Notes under the pieces: generated by a model
Database searches by the model: none
What the model was told of the DNA's origin: nothing
Seen by the model: the letters and a program-made list of their open reading frames with translations, nothing else
Assembly (NCBI GenBank): GCA_965221775.1
Contig: CBDCSU010000006.1
Span: forward strand, 1,856,001-1,920,000
Origin: Candidatus Latescibacterota bacterium
Lineage (GTDB): Bacteria > Latescibacterota > UBA2968 > UBA8231
Direction of reading: 5' to 3'
Length of the DNA stretch: 64,000 nt
Position numbers and translations under genes: made by a program
In this document: positions 11,030 to 19,714 of the stretch, piece after piece
Layout: each line of letters begins with the position of its first letter
Position numbering within the stretch: the first letter of the stretch is position 1

Positions 11030-11986
11030 TCAGGCGCCCGGTCGGCCGTTGAGGCCGTGCTCGCGGAACCAGGCCACGGTGCGCTCGAGTCCCTCGCGGG
11101 CGGCCACCGCCGGCTCGTAGCCCAGCAGCCGCTGCGCCTTCTCGGTGGAGGCCAGGGTCTTGGCCACGTCTCCTGGCCTTTCGGGCCCATAGCGGATGTC
11201 GCCGTCCACGTCGGTCAGGTCACGCAGCACCTCGATCACCTCGTTCAGCGTCCAGCAGGCGCCGCAGGCGACGTTGAAGGACTCGCCGGAGGCCCCCTCG
11301 GCCGTGGCGGCGCGCAGGTTGGCGTCGACCACGTTGTCGACGAAAGTCCAGTCCCGGGCGATGGAGCCGTCTCCGTACACCGTCAGGCGCCGGCCCTCGA
11401 GCAGCCCGGTGGTGAAGATGGCCACGAAGGCGGCGTAGTCCGACATGGGATCCATGCGGGGGCCGAAGACGTTGAAGTAGCGCAGGGAGACGGTCTCGAG
11501 ACCATGGAGACGGGTGAAGACCTTGCAGTACTTCTCCCCCGCCAGCTTCGAGACCGCGTACGGCGACATCGGGTCGGTGCCGGCTTCTTCCCGCAGCGGG
11601 AAGTCGTCGAGATCGCCGTACACCGAGGAGGACGACGCGTTCACCACCCGCCTTACCCCCGATTCCCGAGCCGCCTGGAGCACGTTGAGGGTGCCGCCCA
11701 CGTTGACTTCGTTCGTGGACAGCGGGTCGTCGACCGACCGGGGAACCGAGCTGAGGGCCGCCTGGTGGAGGACGTAGTGGGCGCCGTCAAAGGCGCGGCG
11801 GAGGTCGTCGAGCCGGCGCAGATCCCCTTCGATCAGCTCGATGCGGCCGAGGAGAGGCTCCAGGTTGTCGCGCCGGCCCGTGGAGAAATCGTCGAAGACG
11901 CGGACCTGCTCCCCGCCCTCGAGCAGTGCCTCCACGAGATGGGAACCGATGAAGCCGGCGCCTCCGGTGACTACGTACAAGGCCAT
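11030..11986 (-). CDS. NAD-dependent epimerase/dehydratase (UDP-sugar 4-epimerase, WbpP/TviC-like)
   Basis: VTGGAGFIGSH, ASSSSVYG, YAVSK, LRYFNVFGPR, RPGDV. Confidence 0.92.
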   Translation of the reverse strand: MALYVVTGGAGFIGSHLVEALLEGGEQVRVFDDFSTGRRDNLEPLLGRIELIEGDLRRLDDLRRAFDGAHYVLHQAALSSVPRSVDDPLSTNEVNVGGTLNVLQAARESGVRRVVNASSSSVYGDLDDFPLREEAGTDPMSPYAVSKLAGEKYCKVFTRLHGLETVSLRYFNVFGPRMDPMSDYAAFVAIFTTGLLEGRRLTVYGDGSIARDWTFVDNVVDANLRAATAEGASGESFNVACGACWTLNEVIEVLRDLTDVDGDIRYGPERPGDVAKTLASTEKAQRLLGYEPAVAAREGLERTVAWFREHGLNGRPGA

Positions 11987-12096
11987 GGGTCGATCGTCGT
12001 TTCGGGGATACCGCAAAGAACAACACGGCCGGCGAAAGGCAAGTCAAGCTCGAATCCCGATTGAGGAAGTCCACCCTATTGCTTATATCGAAAAGC

Positions 12097-13602
12097 ATGC
12101 GAGCCTGTCGCAACTTGGTGCGGCCCTTGGCCATGGGGGGCCTCCTGGGGTGCCTCCTCACAGTCCCCGCCCACGGGGACGAGCCCTCCGACGCTGTAGC
12201 CGCGGTCCCGGACACCCTGACGCTGCCGGAGTGCTTGGTCCTGGCCTATCGAAACAACCTCGACCACAGGATCGACCTGGCGACTCTGGCCGCCGGCCAG
12301 GAGCGCCTGCGCGCTGCCCGCGCCCCTTTCGAGGCCAACGTCAACGCCGACCTGACCCTGCCCAGCTACAGCGAGAGGCGGGACGTCATCGACAACGAGG
12401 CCCTGCTGGCCCGCATCCGCCAGGAGGACACGCGCCTCGACTACGAGGGCCGGGTCAGCCTGTCCCAGAGGTTCCGGAACATCGGCGAGTTCTCGCTCGT
12501 CGGCTCCGGGTTTCGCAACGACTTCAGCTCCAATCGGCGCCAGGACTTTCGCGAATACAGCGCCGACCTGAGCCTGGCCTACGAGCAGGAGATTCTGACC
12601 GATCCCGAGGAGGAGCTCCAACTGCGCACGGCCGAGCTGTCCTACGCCGCGGCTCTCTCCACCCTGCAACGGCAGCGGGTCCAGCTCGAGTCCCGGGTGG
12701 TCAACGCCTACTACGACCTGGTCCAGGGCGTCCGTCAGCTGGAGATCCAGAAACAGCGGCTCGATCAGTCCCAGGCTGCCCTCGAGCTGGCAAGGCGCAA
12801 GTTCGAGATCGGCCTCATCGCCGAGGTCGAGGCGCTGCGGCTCGAGGTCGACGAGTTGCGCGCCCAGGCGGAGTACGCCGAGGCGGCGACCCGGATCGAG
12901 TCCCGGCGCGACGCCCTCCGGCAGGTCTTGGCCATGGACGTCGAGACCCCGCTGGCGGTGAGCACCAGGGTCGACTTCACCATCCTGGCCGTCGCCGAGG
13001 AGACCGCCGTCGCCGTCGCCCTGGTGCGGCGCACCGACATGGAGCAGCAACGCCTGCGGCAGCGGATCGCCCGGCTGGACCTGAAGCGAACCGCCCAGAG
13101 CCTGGGTCCGTCCGCCTCGCTGAGCGCCCGGGTCAATCTGACCGGCCGCGGACCCGACCCCTACGACGTGGGCCGGACGCTGGAGCGCAGCCTCATCTCG
13201 GCCAACATCCGCGTGGGCCTGCCCCTCGTCGACGGCGGCCGGCGCCGGGGCCGGGTGCGTCAGGCGGAGATCGACCTGGAGCAGAGGGAGCTCACGGCGG
13301 AGCAGGTGCGCCAGCAGGTGGTGCTGGAAGTACGGGAGGCGGTGCGCTCGGTGCAGGAAGCGGAGCGCCAGATCCGGCTGTTGAACTCAGCCCTGGAGGT
13401 GGCGGAGCGGACCTTCGAGGTGGAGCAGAGCCGGTTCGAGCTCGGCCTGGCCAACAGCCAGGAGCTTCTCGACGCCCAGACCGACCTCACCCAGGCGCGC
13501 ACCTCGGCGCTCAACGCCGTGGTCTCCTACCAGAGGGCCCTGCAGGATCTGCGGCTGGCGACGATGGCGGAACCGCAGGAGCTGGTGGCCGGGGACGGTT
13601 AG
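12097..13602 (+). CDS. TolC family outer-membrane efflux protein
   Basis: Signal peptide, LTL.EC..LA..NN, VVNAYYDL, RFELGL...ELLDAQ two-repeat OEP pattern; start uncertain (12061-12133). Confidence 0.88.
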   Translation: MRACRNLVRPLAMGGLLGCLLTVPAHGDEPSDAVAAVPDTLTLPECLVLAYRNNLDHRIDLATLAAGQERLRAARAPFEANVNADLTLPSYSERRDVIDNEALLARIRQEDTRLDYEGRVSLSQRFRNIGEFSLVGSGFRNDFSSNRRQDFREYSADLSLAYEQEILTDPEEELQLRTAELSYAAALSTLQRQRVQLESRVVNAYYDLVQGVRQLEIQKQRLDQSQAALELARRKFEIGLIAEVEALRLEVDELRAQAEYAEAATRIESRRDALRQVLAMDVETPLAVSTRVDFTILAVAEETAVAVALVRRTDMEQQRLRQRIARLDLKRTAQSLGPSASLSARVNLTGRGPDPYDVGRTLERSLISANIRVGLPLVDGGRRRGRVRQAEIDLEQRELTAEQVRQQVVLEVREAVRSVQEAERQIRLLNSALEVAERTFEVEQSRFELGLANSQELLDAQTDLTQARTSALNAVVSYQRALQDLRLATMAEPQELVAGDG

Positions 13603-13618
13603 CCGTCCGTGCGGGGCC

Positions 13619-14107
13619 TCAGTCCTTGTCGTTGTTGTCCATCAGGGGGTGGGAGAACTCCTCGCCGTCCTGGAAGATGGCGCGCCGGGGCCGCAGCTTC
13701 GTGTAGGTGGGGATGCGGTTCTGTTCCTGCGCCTCCTGGCAGGCGACACAGAGGCGCGCCGTGGGCAATGCCTCGAGCCGCATCTTGGGGATGAAGGGGC
13801 ATCCCTCGCACAGGTTCAGGGGCGTTTCCAGGCAGGCCTCGCACTCGCCGTAGGTGCCGGTCTCCAGCTTCTCCAGGGCCAGCGTGATCTCCTCGAGCTC
13901 GCGGCGCTCGGTATCGCCGAGGGCGACGAGCAACTCCATGGCGCCAGCCTCCACGGCCCGGTCGAGGTCGTCGGCCTTGGGATCCTGCAGGGTGTCGATC
14001 TCCTGCTCGGTGCCGTCGAGGTCGTCCAGGATGTCGGACCGCCGCGCGAGGAGGTACTTCTTCATCTTCTCGCGGTCCCGCTTGTTCAGTGCTACCCGTT
14101 TCGCCAT
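13619..14107 (-). CDS. TraR/DksA family C4 zinc-finger transcription factor
   Basis: Coiled coil with DDLDRA tip, AL.KLE.GTYGECEAC ... RLEALPTARLCVACQ. Confidence 0.88.
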   Translation of the reverse strand: MAKRVALNKRDREKMKKYLLARRSDILDDLDGTEQEIDTLQDPKADDLDRAVEAGAMELLVALGDTERRELEEITLALEKLETGTYGECEACLETPLNLCEGCPFIPKMRLEALPTARLCVACQEAQEQNRIPTYTKLRPRRAIFQDGEEFSHPLMDNNDKD

Positions 14108-14123
14108 TCCCCCGCCTCTCCCC

Positions 14124-14894
14124 CTACCGTGGCCCGTGGGCCCGGCCGGTTTCCATCTCCTTGAGCCGGTCCCGCAGTGACGCGGCCAGCTCGAACTCCT
14201 CCTCCTCCACCGCGGCCTCCAGGTCGACCCGCAGCTGCTCGCTGCGCGACCGGGGCCGGTTGCTCTCGACCTCCTGCTCCCAGTCGCGCAGGAAGACCAG
14301 CTCGGTGCAGGTCTCCATGGCCTCCGGGTCGCCGAGGTTCCTCAGGATGCCTTCCACCTCGGTGATGCCCGTGCGGATGACGGCAAGGGCCTCGCCGTGG
14401 TCCTCCTTCTCCAGGTGCTTCAGGGCCCGCGCCTGGATGCGGTGGGCGGTGACGAAAACCCGGTACTGGTCCCGGATCTGCCGGTCTTCCTCGTGCTCGC
14501 CGAACTCCCCGCACAAATCGAGAATGCCAAGGTTGTGCACAGCGTCCTGCTCGGCCAGCTCGTACTGCTTCAGCTCGAAGAAGCTGATGCGGCGCCAGTA
14601 GTACTGCATCGCCTCCTGGCCGAGGGCCCAGCAGTCCTCCCGACCCAGCACGAAGGGTTCGGAGCTCCCGGAGGACCGGTGGCGCCGGCGCTCGGCCCGG
14701 TAGTGGTCGAGCAGCGACGGCTGGTCGTGCACGATGGCCCCGTCGGGGCGCCCCGACCACTCCAGTTGCATGATGCCCAGGTCCATGCGGATCTGGATCA
14801 GATCGCGCCCGTCCTCGGAGGTGATCTTGCGGACGCGCAACTCTCCGGGCTCGTAGGTCCAGGCCTTGAGGATGCGGCTGATGTCGTCGGTCAT
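14124..14894 (-). CDS. UvrB/UvrC (UVR) motif-containing protein
   Basis: C-terminal LEAAVEEEEFELAASLRDRL UVR coiled coil; N-terminal QIRMDLGIMQLE..GRPDG. Confidence 0.8.
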   Translation of the reverse strand: MTDDISRILKAWTYEPGELRVRKITSEDGRDLIQIRMDLGIMQLEWSGRPDGAIVHDQPSLLDHYRAERRRHRSSGSSEPFVLGREDCWALGQEAMQYYWRRISFFELKQYELAEQDAVHNLGILDLCGEFGEHEEDRQIRDQYRVFVTAHRIQARALKHLEKEDHGEALAVIRTGITEVEGILRNLGDPEAMETCTELVFLRDWEQEVESNRPRSRSEQLRVDLEAAVEEEEFELAASLRDRLKEMETGRAHGPR

Positions 14895-14960
14895 GAAGGT
14901 TGGAAGGGGCGGCTCGGCGCGCGGCGCGTGGAGGGAGAGCCGCCGGAAAAAAGGCGCGCT

Positions 14961-14989
14961 ATAATAGCCGGCGGCCCGGCCGAAGTCAA
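14961..14989 (-). promoter_or_regulatory. sigma70 promoter for the UVR-protein/dksA-like pair
   Basis: TTGACT-17 nt-TATTAT on minus strand. Confidence 0.7.
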
Positions 14990-15849
14990 CCGGTCTCACC
15001 GGGGGCGGAGGCCTGCCCCTGGCGGATCTGCTCGACGATCTCGACCAGCTCGTTGCGCAGGGTGACCGTGGTCTCGCGCTGCGCCATGTGCCGCTCGATG
15101 ACGGGCAGGGCAGGGTCGCCGACGCGAACCAGGGACTGGTGGGCCAGATCCCGCTCCTTGGGCGTCGTGTCCTCGGCCTTCATCCCGGGAGTGCCGCTGC
15201 CGGGACCGAAGAAGCCGCCGACGGGACCCTGCTGGCCGGGGAGGAGGCCCGGGCCCTGGCCGGTGAGGCCGAAGGGGCGGCGCAGGGAGTCCTGCAGGGC
15301 GCGGAGGCCCTGATCGTCGCCGGTGAACACGCCCCTCAGGCTGCGGCTTTCCTGCATGAGCATGGCGCGATCGTAATAGGACAGGGCGTTGAGCAGGATC
15401 TCCGCCGCCTCGGTCCCGCCGATCTGCCCGAGCACCTGCATGGCCACCATGCGCAACTCCTCGCCGGAACTGCTGAGGCTGCGGTCGAGGAGGCGCCCGA
15501 TCTCGGCGACGGCCGAGCTGTCGCCGATGCTGCCGAGGGCGATCATCGCCTCCTGCTGCAGAGTGGTGCGCTGGGACAGCTCGCGCAGGATGTTGATCAG
15601 AGTGGGCACGGCGCGGGGATCGCCGATCTCGCCGAGGATCTTGACCGCGCTCTTGCGGGTGGCGTACGGATAGTCCGGGCGGCCGGCCACCTCGAGGATC
15701 TTGTCGTACTGGCTTTCGTCTCCCGCTTCGTAGCGGCTCTTCATCTGGGAGACGCTGGTGCAGGCCGTCCACAGGAGGCCGATGGACACCAAGCCCATGG
15801 CGGCGAGGGCGGTCAGCGGCCGGAGCGTCTTGCCACTGCGCCGGCTCAA
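14986..15849 (-). CDS. HEAT-repeat lipoprotein
   Basis: Lipobox-like LWTAC; repeats A..LGEIGDPRAVP.L, ALGSIGDSSAV, LGQIGGTEA. Confidence 0.8.
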   Translation of the reverse strand: MSRRSGKTLRPLTALAAMGLVSIGLLWTACTSVSQMKSRYEAGDESQYDKILEVAGRPDYPYATRKSAVKILGEIGDPRAVPTLINILRELSQRTTLQQEAMIALGSIGDSSAVAEIGRLLDRSLSSSGEELRMVAMQVLGQIGGTEAAEILLNALSYYDRAMLMQESRSLRGVFTGDDQGLRALQDSLRRPFGLTGQGPGLLPGQQGPVGGFFGPGSGTPGMKAEDTTPKERDLAHQSLVRVGDPALPVIERHMAQRETTVTLRNELVEIVEQIRQGQASAPGETG

Positions 15850-15875
15850 AGGGATATTCCCCGGCGGTACAAGGG

Positions 15876-16670
15876 ATGGCTCAAATTCAGACCCATAATC
15901 GCCAAGTCGTTGAAGGCGTGAAAGATATGCTCGCCGTATCGAGCGGCAAGGGCGGCGTGGGCAAGTCCACCGTGAGCGCCAACCTGGCGGTGGCCATGGC
16001 CGCGGAGGGCCGCCGCGTCGGGCTGATGGACACCGACATCTACGGGCCGAACATACCCGGCATGCTCGGAGTATCCGGCCGCGCCGAGGCGGTTCCCGGC
16101 ACCCAGCGCATACGCCCGGCCGAGGCCGCCGGCGTGCGCGTCATCTCCATGGGACTGCTTGTCGATGCCGGGGTTCCGGTCATCTGGCGGGGCCCCATGC
16201 TGGCCAAGATGGTCACCCAGTTTCTGTTCTGGGTGGAGTGGGGGGAGCTCGACGTCCTTCTGCTCGACCTGCCTCCCGGCACCGGGGACGTGCAGCTCAC
16301 CCTGACGCAGACCGCGCCTCTCACCGGCGCCGTCATCGTCACCACGCCGTCGACCCTGGCCCTGGAGGACGTGGCCCGGGGCGTCCAGATGTTCCGCCAG
16401 ACCGATGTCCCCATCCTCGGTCTGCTCGAGAACATGGCCACCTTCTCGTGCCCTTCCTGCGGCGGCGCCAGCCACCCCTACGGACACGGCGGCGGGGCGG
16501 CGGCCGCGGCCGAACGGGGCATCCCCTTCCTCGGGGAGATCCCCCTCGACCCGAGTCTGCGGGACGATGCGGACGAGGGCACGCCTACCGTGTTCTCCCA
16601 TCCCGAGGCCGCTGCGGCGATCGCCCTTCGAGGCGTCGCCCGCGAGCTGCTCGACAGGCTGGAACCCTAG
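15876..16670 (+). CDS. mrp: Mrp/NBP35 (ApbC) Fe-S cluster carrier ATPase
   Basis: SGKGGVGKST, DTDIYGP, WRGPM, DLPPGTGD, ENM..FSCPSC. Confidence 0.95.
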   Translation: MAQIQTHNRQVVEGVKDMLAVSSGKGGVGKSTVSANLAVAMAAEGRRVGLMDTDIYGPNIPGMLGVSGRAEAVPGTQRIRPAEAAGVRVISMGLLVDAGVPVIWRGPMLAKMVTQFLFWVEWGELDVLLLDLPPGTGDVQLTLTQTAPLTGAVIVTTPSTLALEDVARGVQMFRQTDVPILGLLENMATFSCPSCGGASHPYGHGGGAAAAAERGIPFLGEIPLDPSLRDDADEGTPTVFSHPEAAAAIALRGVARELLDRLEP

Positions 16671-16682
16671 CCGCGGAGCACC

Positions 16683-18962
16683 CTACCGCGAGGTGAAGGT
16701 CACCTGGCGCCGGGTCTCGTTGCCCGCCCGGTCGCGCACCGTGACCACGAACGCATGGGGTCCGGCGGCGAGGGGGGCGTCGGGTACGGCCGTCACCCGG
16801 GCCGCCTCGGGATCGTACTCCGAGATGAGCCGTTTCCCGTCGAGCTCGAGGACCACATCCTTCTCGCGGCCGATACCGGAGCCCTGGTCGAGGACCCGCG
16901 CCGAGAACCGGGGGGCCGTCACGCTGGCGCCCTCTGTCGGCCGTACGCCGCTCACCTCCGGCGGCGTCTCGTCGATCATCACGGCGAAGTGCCCGAGAGC
17001 GCGAACCTTCGCCGCCAGGTAGCGTCCTCCCTCCTGCCGGTCGCTGCCCCGGAATCCCCAGCGGCCCCGGCCGCTGCCGGAGTAGACTCCGGCCTTCTCC
17101 ACCGGCACGCCCGCCGGAACCCGCAGCCACAGGTGGACGGGCTCGTCGAAGGCGGCGTCGGCGGGGCCGAGCCGGCAGCCGAGAGCGGTGGCGCGCAGGC
17201 CCTTGGACGCCTTCGGGTTGAAGCGCCGGGCCTGGGGGGCGAGGGGCTCATAGGCAGAGCCGGCGGAGGCCTGGAGGCGCACGTGGTCATCCAGGTAGCT
17301 CAGGGTCGCCCGCGCCCCGGGGCGCATACGCTGGCCGGAAAGGGCCAGGTCCTGCCGCGACCGGTTGCCGCCGGCGCCGCCGGCGGTGACACTCACCAGG
17401 ACCGGGTGCACTTCCGGCCCCGGCAGGGGGACGACCGCCCGATAGGTCCACCCGCCGACCTGCCGGACGGGTACCGGCGCCGGTGAACCCGCGATCTGGA
17501 CGAGGGGAAGGCCGGAGAGGGGCCCGCTGGATTCGATGTCGATCAGGGCGTGCAGGGGCCTCGCCTCGGCCGTGACCTGCAGGGCCGGGGGCCGGGGGGC
17601 GGCGGTATCGCCCGGCGAGGCCAGGATCACGGACTCCGAAGGGGCATCGCCGGCCCGCAGCGACAGCCTCCAGAACGGCGACCGCCCGGGAAGCTCCCAG
17701 GTGAAGGGGCCGTCGCTGGCCGGCACCTGTCCCTCGAGAACCTCCTTCCAGCCCTCGCCGTCGGGCGAGCTCGACAGGGTGACGGCGAGCCGGCCGCCAC
17801 CGTCCAGGGCCAGGTCGGCGTCCAGGAAGCGTCCCTCCGACGACTCCGTCAGCCGCGCCCAGCGGACCCGCGGCGGCGGGGTGCAGTGCAGGCTCAAGGC
17901 CGCGCGGCTCTCGTTGCCGGCGGCGTCGCTGGCCCGCACCTCGATCCGGTGTGTACCGGCCTCCAGGCCGCCGGGGCCGCAGGTGAGGGTACCGTCGCGG
18001 CCAGGGTCGGTCTCGTAGAAGGAGAGCCGGTTGCCGGGCCGGCGGTAGAGCAGGCTGTAGACGCCGCCCTCGAGGCGCAGGCGGTCGAGGGCCATCTGGT
18101 GCCTGTCGGCGTAGGTGAAGCGGCGGTAGCGAGAGCGCAGGAGCCGCTGGCCGTCCACGTACAGCTCGTGGACCAGGACGGCGAGCTTGTTGGGGGCCTC
18201 GTCGGCCTGGTCGTGGGAGTTCACCCCGATTCCGATACGCCCCCAGGCCGACACTTCCCGTGCGGCGACGAAGCGGCCTCTGCCGGAGGCGCTCAGGGGA
18301 ACCTGCCGTCGGAGGTGGCCGCCGTCCACGGTGGACCCGGGCCCGATGGGCAGCAGCATCAGCCCGCGCAGCACGGGGGGGGTCGTGTCCGTCACGGGCC
18401 CGATCCCCTGGAGCAGGGGGTTCACCGGTGCGTTGGCGGAGTCGCGGATCTCCAGGTGCAGGTGCGGCGGGCCGGCTCCGCTCTGGCCGGTCCAGGCGAT
18501 CCCCTGGCCTCGGCGAATCCGGATCTCCCCTTTCTTCAGCCAGAGATCGACGGTGTACTGGCGGGTACGCTGCTGCTCGGCGCGGACCCGCGAGGCCGCA
18601 GGCGCGAAGAACCTCTCCAGGTGGGCGTAGACGACGAGGCGCCCGTCGTCCAGGCGCTGGTAGAGGGCGAGGCCGTATCCCCATGGGCTGGTGCGCAGCC
18701 GCTCCACCCATCCGTCGGCCACGGCGTGCACCTGGAACCCGGTCTTGCCCCAGGTCTTCAGGTCCACCCCGGCGTGGAAGGAGGAGCTGCGGGTCTCGCC
18801 GAAGGTGGAGGTGAGGGCCGCCGGCTTCAGGTCGAGGGGCCAGCGCAGCGGAGCGGGCTGCGCCGAGGCGGAGGCGGCGCAGATCAGCGACAGGAGGAAG
18901 AGCCCCCGGCGGACCCGGCGGAGTCGTGGGATGGTGCCGCACCCGCGCCGGTCAGGCGCCAT
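16683..18962 (-). CDS. M23 family metallopeptidase with C-terminal Ig-like domains
   Basis: Signal peptide, FGETR..FHAGVDL, YAHL, PHLHLEIR. Confidence 0.88.
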   Translation of the reverse strand: MAPDRRGCGTIPRLRRVRRGLFLLSLICAASASAQPAPLRWPLDLKPAALTSTFGETRSSSFHAGVDLKTWGKTGFQVHAVADGWVERLRTSPWGYGLALYQRLDDGRLVVYAHLERFFAPAASRVRAEQQRTRQYTVDLWLKKGEIRIRRGQGIAWTGQSGAGPPHLHLEIRDSANAPVNPLLQGIGPVTDTTPPVLRGLMLLPIGPGSTVDGGHLRRQVPLSASGRGRFVAAREVSAWGRIGIGVNSHDQADEAPNKLAVLVHELYVDGQRLLRSRYRRFTYADRHQMALDRLRLEGGVYSLLYRRPGNRLSFYETDPGRDGTLTCGPGGLEAGTHRIEVRASDAAGNESRAALSLHCTPPPRVRWARLTESSEGRFLDADLALDGGGRLAVTLSSSPDGEGWKEVLEGQVPASDGPFTWELPGRSPFWRLSLRAGDAPSESVILASPGDTAAPRPPALQVTAEARPLHALIDIESSGPLSGLPLVQIAGSPAPVPVRQVGGWTYRAVVPLPGPEVHPVLVSVTAGGAGGNRSRQDLALSGQRMRPGARATLSYLDDHVRLQASAGSAYEPLAPQARRFNPKASKGLRATALGCRLGPADAAFDEPVHLWLRVPAGVPVEKAGVYSGSGRGRWGFRGSDRQEGGRYLAAKVRALGHFAVMIDETPPEVSGVRPTEGASVTAPRFSARVLDQGSGIGREKDVVLELDGKRLISEYDPEAARVTAVPDAPLAAGPHAFVVTVRDRAGNETRRQVTFTSR

Positions 18963-19623
18963 TCGGATATACCCTCAAATCGATCCGGCCGCCGGACACC
19001 GCGACGTAGTGGTGGGGCTCTTCGGTCCAGGCCCCGGTGTTGAGGTAGCGCCTCCCGTCGCGCTCCAGCTCCATCGGAGCGTGGGTGTGGCCGCAGGTGA
19101 TCGCCTGCAGACCCTGGGCCCGGGCGGTGTCGAGGGCGCGGTGGGCGACATGCTCGTTGAGCACCCGGTAGAGCAAGCCCCAGTTCTTGGCGTAATGGGC
19201 GACGTGGACATCCTCCAGCCCGAGACGGACGCGCAGCCGGTGGAAGCGCCTGAAGGCCGCGATGAACCAGGGATGGCGCGGCATCACTCCGTCGAGCTTG
19301 TCGCCGTGTACGACCAGGAGCCGCCCGTCCACCGTAAGCCGGTGCACGAACTCGATGCCGCCAGGGTCGGCGAGGCCGAAGTCCTCGTCGTGGTTCCCGA
19401 AGACGAAGACCACCGGGCGGTGGGCCGACTCCTCCACCAGCCGGCGCAGCACCTGCTCGTGCTCGGGCGGCAGGGGATCGGCCGGGTCGTCGATGGTGTC
19501 GCCATTGAGGACGAGCCGCACCCCCTCCGGCAACTCCCTGAGGAAGCGCAGGAAGTTCTCGTGGCGGAAGTAGGCGCTGCCCAGGTGGAGGTCGCTGACG
19601 ATGTACGTATCGCCGGCTGCCAA
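18952..19623 (-). CDS. Calcineurin-like metallophosphoesterase (LpxH/UDP-2,3-diacylglucosamine diphosphatase-like)
   Basis: SDLHLG, LNGDTID, GNHD, HGD, CGHTH, YLNTGAW; TTG start 19623 after AAGGA. Confidence 0.85.
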   Translation of the reverse strand: MAAGDTYIVSDLHLGSAYFRHENFLRFLRELPEGVRLVLNGDTIDDPADPLPPEHEQVLRRLVEESAHRPVVFVFGNHDEDFGLADPGGIEFVHRLTVDGRLLVVHGDKLDGVMPRHPWFIAAFRRFHRLRVRLGLEDVHVAHYAKNWGLLYRVLNEHVAHRALDTARAQGLQAITCGHTHAPMELERDGRRYLNTGAWTEEPHHYVAVSGGRIDLRVYPNGA

Positions 19624-19714
19624 CGGGGTCCTTGCCGAATCTGGGAGAGGGCGGTTATTAACATCCCGCGCGTGGGGCGCGCGGCACCGGATGAATAACG
19701 CGACAAGGCAGGGC

